IMG/VR virus record: IMGVR_UViG_3300027852_001421
Origin: a virus
Lineage: Duplodnaviria; Heunggongvirae; Uroviricota; Caudoviricetes
DNA: 11,077 bases
Strand: one strand, 5' to 3'
A program made the position numbers and the translations under genes. Of this stretch, positions 1-6,540 are shown piece after piece. The first letter of the stretch is position 1; every line of letters begins with the position of its first letter. The notes under the pieces were generated by a model. The model made no database searches. It was given only the letters and a program-made list of their open reading frames with translations, and was not told the DNA's origin.

Positions 1-810
1 TCAAAGGGTGAGTTCAGCGTCATTGTCATGGGACAGTACCTCGTTTTTCTCATAAGGATTTTCAACGACCTGCATTTTTCTCGGCTTCTTCCCGCCGGTC
101 GGCTCCAGCACCCGGTCCAGATGCATCTCGATCAAAGGCGCGATGGCCGGGTCGCGGTAGGGCATATTTTCGCAGACCCAGGTCATGCAACTCATGAAGG
201 AGGCGCGCGCTTGGCTCGGCAACATGCAGGCCACCTCTACTCCCAAGCGCTCAAGTTCAGGATCGCTTTCCCAGGTCACATTCAGCCCTGCACTAAGTGC
301 CGGCTCTTCTATGATGCTGAGACGCTCATCGATGCGGATCCTGACATCGATCTCCTTAATCTCTTTCTTGGTGATGAGGGTGTTTTCAGCCGTCAAACCA
401 AAAGCGTCCTGGATCACAAACTGCGCCCGATCCTCCATGATCTTATAGTCTGGCAGCATCTTCTTAATCGGTGTTGGGATGTCGCCGTAGAAAGCCTCGG
501 AGGCATCATGCAGCAGGATGGCGAGTGCATCTTCCACATGGCGAACGCGGCCGTTCTCAATTGCCCACCAAGTCATGGCTGTGGCGTGTTCAGCCACCGA
601 ATAGAGCTCGACGTCATGTTTGAGCTGACCGCCATAGCGGCAGGTGCGCGCCATGCCCCAGGCCAGATCGTCAATGAAGACATCCCGCGGATGCGGGTTC
701 AGGATCGACCACATACCGCCAAGGGATGTGGCAACCCAATCACCGCGATCCGTTACAGGAAGCAGTGTGACTGGATCATATTTCGCATCATTGAACAGGT
801 TGTGTTTCAT
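1..810 (-). CDS. HD-domain metal-dependent phosphohydrolase, YfbR-like/phage 5'-deoxynucleotidase type, with a C-terminal extension
   Basis: Complete ORF, ATG 810 to TGA 1-3. Motifs MARTCRYGGQ, YSVAEH, LLHDASEAFYGDIPTPIK and distal IKEID match the phage/YfbR HD nucleotidase pattern. Confidence 0.85.
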   Translation of the reverse strand: MKHNLFNDAKYDPVTLLPVTDRGDWVATSLGGMWSILNPHPRDVFIDDLAWGMARTCRYGGQLKHDVELYSVAEHATAMTWWAIENGRVRHVEDALAILLHDASEAFYGDIPTPIKKMLPDYKIMEDRAQFVIQDAFGLTAENTLITKKEIKEIDVRIRIDERLSIIEEPALSAGLNVTWESDPELERLGVEVACMLPSQARASFMSCMTWVCENMPYRDPAIAPLIEMHLDRVLEPTGGKKPRKMQVVENPYEKNEVLSHDNDAELTL

Positions 811-816
811 AAGGCC

Positions 817-825
817 ACCATAGCA
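817..825 (-). promoter_or_regulatory. Putative extended -10 element (TGcTATGGT), 6 nt before the HD-gene ATG
   Basis: Minus strand reads TTGC-TATGGT-GGCCTT-ATG. No good -35 at 17 bp. The spacing would put the transcription start at or near the ATG. Confidence 0.35.
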
Positions 826-892
826 AGACGTTGTGAAAATCCCGCCATGTACTCACGCGCATCGATGTAGCGCATCTGAGAGACACTTTGGC

Positions 893-901
893 TTTTTCGC
901 A
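893..901 (-). promoter_or_regulatory. Recurrent intergenic motif copy (TGCGAAAAA)
   Basis: Plus strand tttttcgca at 893-901, upstream of the HD gene. The same core recurs in other intergenic regions. Confidence 0.4.
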
Positions 902-913
902 CTTGGTGGTGAG

Positions 914-1441
914 CTACACGCCCGAGGCTATATAATCAATGGCAAGCGACAGAACGGCCGATCCGGCAGCCCTCGCCTGTTCAGGAAAAAGAGCTGCGTA
1001 AAAGACCGTGCCGGTCAGGGAGGCATAAAGTGCTGTCTTGATCCGCCGGAAAGGCGCTGGCTTGCGCTTGCGGCGCGAGTGTCGCCTGCCTTTACGAACA
1101 GATCTGGCATCAATCATCTTCAAAGCGGAGCGGATATCTTCAGGGCGGGCCTCGAACCATTCGTTATGGACGTTGCGCACACCCATGCCGCGCAGAATGC
1201 GATGCACATCCTTGTCGCTGAAAGTCTTGCCGTTCCGTTTGACAGCCTGAGCTGTCAAAAGCAGCGTGTAGGGGTCCTTCTCTGGGGACGAAGCGCCGAT
1301 CTGCTCGCGAATGCGCACATGCGGATCCCGTCGTGTATAGCCAACCTTGATGAGCCCCCTGCCCCGGCGCCGCCCGGTCCAGCGGGTGTCACGGTAGGCG
1401 GGGGTCGTATAGGCGTAGATGCTTCCCTTTTGCTGGCTCAT
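914..1441 (-). CDS. T5orf172/GIY-YIG-superfamily domain protein with a basic linker and hydrophobic C-terminus
   Basis: GSIYAY...LIKVGYT.R....RIREQ...DKDVHRIL...NEWFE is the T5orf172-type pattern. It is followed by an Arg/Lys-rich stretch and ALYASLTGTVFYAALF. Confidence 0.75.
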   Translation of the reverse strand: MSQQKGSIYAYTTPAYRDTRWTGRRRGRGLIKVGYTRRDPHVRIREQIGASSPEKDPYTLLLTAQAVKRNGKTFSDKDVHRILRGMGVRNVHNEWFEARPEDIRSALKMIDARSVRKGRRHSRRKRKPAPFRRIKTALYASLTGTVFYAALFPEQARAAGSAVLSLAIDYIASGV

Positions 1442-1461
1442 ATCCCTGAAGTTTTTCGATG

Positions 1462-1469
1462 ATCATAGC
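1462..1469 (-). promoter_or_regulatory. Putative -10 element (GCTATGAT) for the T5orf172 gene
   Basis: Plus strand atcatagc at 1462-1469, about 20 nt upstream of the ATG at 1441. The -35 is weak. Confidence 0.4.
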
Positions 1470-1487
1470 GGAGGGTAATGCAGTCCA

Positions 1488-1516
1488 ATGCGAAAAACAT
1501 GGTCGCTATAGATAAT
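1488..1516 (+). promoter_or_regulatory. Putative sigma70-type promoter for the vWA-XRE unit
   Basis: ATGCGA (1488-1493), 17 nt spacer, GATAAT (1511-1516). It overlaps a CGAAAAAC motif copy. Confidence 0.35.
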
Positions 1517-1627
1517 AATGTGGAAAACTCCACCGCCACGCAGTCACATGTATACCAAATGAGTTGACATAAGGGTGGTTAGCTATCAGGTTAACACCAA
1601 CGCGAAAAACACAGGGATACATTGAAA

Positions 1628-2392
1628 ATGACCGAATCTCAGAAACAGAAAACAATTGTCACCCTTCTTCTGGACCGTTCGGCCTCCATGATGCAGATCC
1701 GCGATACAACCATCGCCGGAGTCAATGCCTGGATCGAAGAGCTGCGGAAGACCAAAGACGACATGCTCTTCAGCTTGATCCAGTTTGACTACTTTTCCGA
1801 TCAGGAGCAGACAACCAAATCTGACCACGCACCGACCGGTGCCGTGGCCGCCTCCGCCTATCTCGGCGGTGCCTTCGGCAATGCCGGTTTCGCTGGCGCG
1901 TCTAGCTACAAGATGCAGCTGGAGAAGACCTATATGGCGACCCCGATCGCTGAGGTGAAAGATCTGGACCGAGAAGCCTACACCCCGCGCGGCGGCACAC
2001 CCCTGATCGATGCAGCTTTCACGACCATCCGGGCGATCGAGCAGAGCATTCAGGGGCGCGATGACATTAAGATCGTTCTGGCGATCCAGACTGATGGGGA
2101 AGAGCGCGACTCCAAAGAGAATACCTGGGCGGGGCTCAAAGCCCTCGTCGCCGAAAAGGAAGCTGCGGGCTGGGAGATCCTCTTCATGGGGGTTGGCATG
2201 GATGCTTATGCGGAAGCCGCAAAGATGGGCGTATCACGCAGCAAGACGCTGGCCTATGGCGGCGACGCCGTTGCCACACGGGCGGCTTTTGCCTCCACGG
2301 CTGGAAAGACCGTGGCCTTCTCATCAGGGGCCGCAGCGTCGATGGCTTATACCGATGCTGAAAAATCGGCTGCCGGAGATACACAGTCATGA
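1628..2392 (+). CDS. von Willebrand factor A (vWA) domain protein with intact MIDAS
   Basis: IVTLLLDRSASM (DxSxS), GGTPLIDA (T) and IQTDGEE (D). The ORF track starts at TTG 1622; ATG 1628 has better spacing from AGGGA at 1613-1617. Confidence 0.85.
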   Translation: MTESQKQKTIVTLLLDRSASMMQIRDTTIAGVNAWIEELRKTKDDMLFSLIQFDYFSDQEQTTKSDHAPTGAVAASAYLGGAFGNAGFAGASSYKMQLEKTYMATPIAEVKDLDREAYTPRGGTPLIDAAFTTIRAIEQSIQGRDDIKIVLAIQTDGEERDSKENTWAGLKALVAEKEAAGWEILFMGVGMDAYAEAAKMGVSRSKTLAYGGDAVATRAAFASTAGKTVAFSSGAAASMAYTDAEKSAAGDTQS

Positions 2393-2661
2393 GCGACAAG
2401 GCGGATGACGCCAAAGCCTTTGGTGAAACTTTGGGGAAATACCTCGATCAATACGGCAAGAGTCGGTCGGCGGTGGCCAGCGAGATGGGGATCACTCGGT
2501 CCTACATCTCGCAGTTGACCACTGGCGCAAAAACCGTGAGCGCGGAGAAGGTCGACAGCCTCGCGGATACCATCGGGATCACGGAGGAAGAGCGTGTCGA
2601 TCTGCACCGCGCGGCCGCCAAAAGCGCTGGATTTCGGATCGATCTTCCGGAGGGATTCTGA
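2389..2661 (+). CDS. XRE/Cro-C1-family helix-turn-helix transcriptional regulator
   Basis: RSAVASEMGITRSYISQLTTGAKTVSAEKVDSLADTIG is a typical XRE HTH. ATGA overlap with the vWA stop (2389-2392) implies translational coupling. Confidence 0.85.
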   Translation: MSDKADDAKAFGETLGKYLDQYGKSRSAVASEMGITRSYISQLTTGAKTVSAEKVDSLADTIGITEEERVDLHRAAAKSAGFRIDLPEGF

Positions 2662-2680
2662 TTCCAAGGCGGATGTCGGC

Positions 2681-2696
2681 GTAAAATAACGTTAAC
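2681..2696 (+). promoter_or_regulatory. CtrA-box-like site upstream of the deacetylase gene
   Basis: GTAA-AATAACG-TTAAC, one mismatch to TTAA-N7-TTAAC. Two GANTC sites lie just upstream (2654-2658, 2660-2664). Confidence 0.35.
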
Positions 2697-2710
2697 CACA
2701 AAGGACTTTC

Positions 2711-3970
2711 ATGCAGATCCATTATCAGACCAAGGGCTTCATTCATCCTTCCAAGCCTGGACATCCCGAGCGCCCTCATCGTCAGATGGCGGCCCTTTCG
2801 GGGTTGCTTCAGCTGCCGGAGGGCAAGCTTAGCTGGCATGGGGCACAGCCGGTGGAATTGGTCGAGGCGGAGATTGCGCATGATCCGAACTACCTGCGGA
2901 TGATTTCGGAGGCGGACTTCAGCAGAACGCGCGCTCATCAGCTCGATGGCGGTGATACGGTATTGTCGGAGACAACCTTGGAGGCGGCTCTGACAGCCTT
3001 GGGCGGCGCCCGGTCGGCTACATCTCAGATCATGTCGGGCAAAACTTCTACGGGTTTCGTTGTCGCCCGGCCGCCGGGCCATCACGCCACCAAAGACAGC
3101 GGCATGGGCTTTTGCCTTCTGGGCACAGCAGCCTGGGCCGCACTGGATGCGCGCAATCGCCACGGGGCGCGGGTTGCGCTCATTGATCCCGATCTGCACC
3201 ATGGTAACGGTTCGCAGAATATCCTTTGGGATGAACCAGATGCTCTCTTCGCCTCCACCCATGAAAAGGGCAATTGGCCAGGCAGCGGACAGCCTGAAGA
3301 GACCGGCGGAATGGGCCAAATCATCAACGTGCCGCTGGACAAGGGAAGCGGCAGCGCCACTATGCGCGAGGCCTGGGCGGACATCTTTGACCGGGTGGCA
3401 GAGTTCGGCCCGGATCTGATCATCGTCTCTGCAGGGTTTGATGCCCATGGCGACGACCCGCTTTCGGGTCTCAACTGGACGATGGAGGATTACAGCTGGT
3501 TCGGTAGGCGTCTGGCAGAGCTCGCAGATGAGGTCTGTCATGGCCGGGTTCTGTCGATCCTTGAAGGCGGCTATGACCTGCAAGTCCTCAAGCATGGGAT
3601 CGCCGCTTTTTCAGCGGAGCTGACCGAGCTTGATGACAAGAGCACCTCACCGGGGCTGGTGCCCGACACCGATCTCATGGGATGGCGCGCGCCGCATCTT
3701 GGCGGCTACAGCAACATGCCGCATCCCGGGCAGGAGGCGCTCAAAGTTACCAAGGTGGGCGGACGGCTCTGGATCGAGGAAACGGCCACCGGTCAGTTTC
3801 TCTACACTGTGCCGGAGTTCGTGAAGCTGATCAGCCGTGACCCTCTTACGCATTTGGTCCGGGAGGCCAATGCGCTCGGCCAGCTGCCGATCGATATGAT
3901 CATTCGACTGGAAGCGGAAGCCAAACGGGTCGCGGGGTTCAACCCCGGCCGGTCGAACGATTTTTCATGA
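2711..3970 (+). CDS. Zn-dependent histone deacetylase-family (HDAC/AcuC/acetylpolyamine amidohydrolase-like) deacylase with a ~110 aa C-terminal extension
   Basis: GHPERP, RPPGHHA, GFC, DPDLHHGNGSQ, NVPL, SAGFDAHGDDPL and LEGGY are all present. RBS AAGGA at 2701-2705. Confidence 0.92.
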   Translation: MQIHYQTKGFIHPSKPGHPERPHRQMAALSGLLQLPEGKLSWHGAQPVELVEAEIAHDPNYLRMISEADFSRTRAHQLDGGDTVLSETTLEAALTALGGARSATSQIMSGKTSTGFVVARPPGHHATKDSGMGFCLLGTAAWAALDARNRHGARVALIDPDLHHGNGSQNILWDEPDALFASTHEKGNWPGSGQPEETGGMGQIINVPLDKGSGSATMREAWADIFDRVAEFGPDLIIVSAGFDAHGDDPLSGLNWTMEDYSWFGRRLAELADEVCHGRVLSILEGGYDLQVLKHGIAAFSAELTELDDKSTSPGLVPDTDLMGWRAPHLGGYSNMPHPGQEALKVTKVGGRLWIEETATGQFLYTVPEFVKLISRDPLTHLVREANALGQLPIDMIIRLEAEAKRVAGFNPGRSNDFS

Positions 3971-4579
3971 TGCAATCTGCAACCTGCAACGGGCCTCATG
4001 GAACCGCTCAGCGAGGATCGCATAGCGCTTAAATACTGGGGGGAAGGCCGTGAGATAATCACGGGCCGCCCTGCCCTGCAGTCCTGGCGTTGCGGTGAAG
4101 GTAGTCCCTTCGGGGAATTGATCCGCCGTAAGATCGAGGCCTTGGTTCCAGTAATGGTTTGCCAGTGTGCCGTCGGGGTTCCGCGCACGTCCGCGGATCA
4201 CGGGCATGGCCGTCATGTCATTCACCAGTAGCGCAGTTGCGGCCGCCTGCCCCCGCGATGGTGTGTCTTTTGTCCATTCGCTGCCATGCGCGGTATCCTC
4301 ATCCCAGGCCGCGCGGATCAGATCGGCCATGTCGTCAAATGGCGTATAGCCCAGGCAGTCGAGATATTCTTTTTGCGTTACCCAAACGTATGAGATCGGC
4401 TTTCCGGTTTCGGCAGCGGCGCGCTCGGCCATTGCTCCGAGCAATGCGACCCCCTTGGTGCCATGCAGCTCTTCATAGACATCCATGACCAGATGCCCCT
4501 CTTGGAAGAGCGCCTGCTCGCAGGTGCGGCTGCGGTTGCCGATGATCATCAAGGGCGCGCTGTCTGACAGAATGCTCAT
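3965..4579 (-). CDS. Hypothetical protein with a C-terminal YunG-like domain
   Basis: PSRGQAAATALLVND...HYWN...DLTADQF resembles the YunG-family pattern GQCxVTALVVQD...H(F/Y)(Y/W)N...D(F/L)TxxQF as I recall it. ATGA overlap with the upstream gene's stop at 4576-4579; the true start could be later. Confidence 0.55.
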   Translation of the reverse strand: MSILSDSAPLMIIGNRSRTCEQALFQEGHLVMDVYEELHGTKGVALLGAMAERAAAETGKPISYVWVTQKEYLDCLGYTPFDDMADLIRAAWDEDTAHGSEWTKDTPSRGQAAATALLVNDMTAMPVIRGRARNPDGTLANHYWNQGLDLTADQFPEGTTFTATPGLQGRAARDYLTAFPPVFKRYAILAERFHEARCRLQIAS

Positions 4580-5487
4580 GGTTTTGCACTCGATGCATCT
4601 GAAACCATCTTGCAGTCCTTTTGGGTCACCTCGAATGAAGCGACCAGACTTCCGCTGGTGCTGTTATAGATCATATTGAGAGTTCCGCCTCGCTTGATGT
4701 CAGGACCGAACATTCCATCTGCACAGAAAATATTTGCCAGTGTAAGTTTGTGATTTTCGGGGAACACACGTGTTTCAGAATCTACTTCGAAATACTGTGT
4801 CAAAGTCTTCTCGTGTGCCGAAATGTGAACAAGAACAGTGTCATGATCAGTGCGAAGGGGTAGTTCAGTCTGACCAAGTTCTACTTCTCTCTCAAAGCTT
4901 TCTTCCAAAGTCATGGAGTGCGTCATAAGTTCATTGAACTTGGCGCCAGGAGTCTGATTGCTATTCAATACCTCCGCCCCGGAGGTATCAATGAAGCTCC
5001 CGAACAATATTAATACTAATGAGGCTGTTACAGCCAAAGGGTCAGCAATATATTTTGAAAAAGCGGTTCTTTTTTTTGCTGTACTCGAATTCCCATCACG
5101 GCCTCTTGCGAACATCAGCCACAAGTTCAGTATGGGAACTATGGACCACCAAGCTCGCGCAGTGTCCCTTGTTATGTCAAGTGATCGTGCAGCCGCGATG
5201 CAATAAAGGCCTGCTCCATAAAATGCGTACGAGCCAAGCGCGGCACATACAAGTACCCATAGCAGGCCAACGTCTGCGGCAGGGTAGATCAGCAGCCATA
5301 GAAGTTGGGAGGTACTCAGGCCAAAGGTGAGAACCGCGTTCCAGCCAACGTATGATACCCGCCTAAGATACCTATTCACATTGACAGTTGCTGCCGCCAA
5401 AAAAAAGCCCATCACCGAAATTACAAAAGCTAAGCCCACGATAATTTCTGGGGCAAGGTGGAAGTATTCTATGAAGTATTTATCCAA
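4576..5487 (-). CDS. Multi-pass membrane protein with a DUF805-like region and a soluble C-terminal domain
   Basis: Several hydrophobic segments. AARSLDITRDTARAWWSIVPILNLWLMFARG resembles the DUF805 motif. TTG start with GGAG upstream. GC is lower than in flanking genes. Confidence 0.65.
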   Translation of the reverse strand: MDKYFIEYFHLAPEIIVGLAFVISVMGFFLAAATVNVNRYLRRVSYVGWNAVLTFGLSTSQLLWLLIYPAADVGLLWVLVCAALGSYAFYGAGLYCIAAARSLDITRDTARAWWSIVPILNLWLMFARGRDGNSSTAKKRTAFSKYIADPLAVTASLVLILFGSFIDTSGAEVLNSNQTPGAKFNELMTHSMTLEESFEREVELGQTELPLRTDHDTVLVHISAHEKTLTQYFEVDSETRVFPENHKLTLANIFCADGMFGPDIKRGGTLNMIYNSTSGSLVASFEVTQKDCKMVSDASSAKP

Positions 5488-5529
5488 AGTATGATGCTCC
5501 GAGAAGGTGTGTCTAATGTAATTCTAATA

Positions 5530-5541
5530 CATTTTTCGCAA
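5530..5541 (-). promoter_or_regulatory. Recurrent motif copy TTGCGAAAAATG in the divergent DUF805/yccA intergenic region
   Basis: Plus strand catttttcgcaa at 5530-5541 is the exact reverse complement of 6472-6483. Confidence 0.45.
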
Positions 5542-5585
5542 AGCGTCTCTTGTAATCCAGAGTATCAACAGAAATATTCTCCTTA

Positions 5586-5601
5586 TGAGGCGCGAGCCTC
5601 A
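5586..5601 (+). other. Small stem-loop with a GNRA tetraloop in the yccA leader
   Basis: TGAGGC-GCGA-GCCTCA, a perfect 6 bp stem ending 25 nt before the GTG start. Confidence 0.35.
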
Positions 5602-5626
5602 ATTCTGAGACTAAGGATTCTAGCAC

Positions 5627-6352
5627 GTGCATTCCACCACCTACGACGAGACGCGCGCAGCCCGGATTGATGCCGGCCTGAAGAAATACATGAACAACGT
5701 CTATGGGATGATGTCCCTGGGTACCTTCGTGACCTTCGCTACAGCGTGGTACATCTATACGACCGAAGAACTGCTCAAAGTCTTCTTCAATCCCGAGACA
5801 TTGTCGCCAACGGGTTTGGGCTGGTCCGCCATTTTCGCGCCATTGCTGATGGTGATCCTGTTGTGGATGATCGAGCGGCCCTCCTCCCCTTTCGTGCTGA
5901 AGATGTTCTTTGCGCTCTTTGCGGCGTTGATGGGCATTTCGATGACCTCCATCTTCCTGTCCTTCGAGATCGGGTCGATCGCAAACACCTTTCTGATCAC
6001 CTCGGCCGCCTTCGCCGGTCTGTCTCTCTGGGGCTATACGACAAAGAAGGATCTCACCGGTCTCGGTGCATTCTGCTTCATGGCATTGTTTGGGTTGATC
6101 GCAGCCTCGGTGCTGAGCCTGTTCATTCAGTCGACAGCATTTGAATTTGCAGTCAATCTGGCGGGCGTACTGATCTTTGCGGGCCTTACGGCCTATGACA
6201 CCCAGCACATCAAGACCGAGTATGTGAACCAGATTCATTCATCCTGCGATGATGAGATCGAGAAGTCGGCCGTTATGGGGGCTCTTGAGCTCTACCTGGA
6301 CTTCATCAACCTCTTTTTGCGCATTCTCGCGGCGACCGGTAAGAAGAAGTAG
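5627..6352 (+). CDS. yccA: Bax inhibitor-1/YccA (TMBIM) family membrane protein
   Basis: IDAGLKKYMNNVYGMM N-terminus, about 7 hydrophobic helices, and AGLTAYDTQ.IK plus GALELYLDFINLF (both conserved TMBIM aspartates). GTG start, RBS AAGGA at 5613-5617. Confidence 0.92.
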   Translation: MHSTTYDETRAARIDAGLKKYMNNVYGMMSLGTFVTFATAWYIYTTEELLKVFFNPETLSPTGLGWSAIFAPLLMVILLWMIERPSSPFVLKMFFALFAALMGISMTSIFLSFEIGSIANTFLITSAAFAGLSLWGYTTKKDLTGLGAFCFMALFGLIAASVLSLFIQSTAFEFAVNLAGVLIFAGLTAYDTQHIKTEYVNQIHSSCDDEIEKSAVMGALELYLDFINLFLRILAATGKKK

Positions 6353-6383
6353 CAACCCTGTTCCGAAGGGAATGCCCTGAAAG

Positions 6384-6407
6384 GCCCGGCGGTAGCCGGG
6401 CTTTTTT
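6384..6407 (+). terminator. Rho-independent terminator after yccA
   Basis: GCCCGGC-GGTA-GCCGGGC followed by TTTTTT (6402-6407). Confidence 0.85.
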
Positions 6408-6471
6408 ATTGATACCCCGGACTAAATGCCGGGATATCCACAACTCATCCCTCTCGTTGATCCATCGCGCG

Positions 6472-6499
6472 TTGCGAAAAATGGCATTGCGCATATCCT
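6472..6499 (+). promoter_or_regulatory. Putative ftsH promoter containing the TTGCGAAAAATG motif
   Basis: TTGCGA (6472-6477), 16 nt spacer, TATCCT (6494-6499). RBS AGGA at 6531-6534. Confidence 0.4.
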
Positions 6500-6540
6500 C
6501 TGTTTGCGGCGAATAGGCCGTCCAAACTTCAGGATATGAC

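Noticed and set aside
28-870. 280 aa plus-strand ORF
   Set aside because: Antisense shadow of the HD-domain gene; no motifs.
833-1462. 209 aa plus-strand ORF
   Set aside because: Antisense to the T5orf172 gene; no recognisable features.
1564-1595. Perfect TTGACA at 1564-1569 as the vWA -35
   Set aside because: No acceptable -10 at 16-18 nt spacing (CAGGTT at 17), so not called as a promoter.
2579-3595. 338 aa minus-strand ORF
   Set aside because: Shadow of the GC-rich HDAC gene, which carries all the family motifs.
5513-6238. 241 aa minus-strand ORF
   Set aside because: Antisense shadow of yccA.
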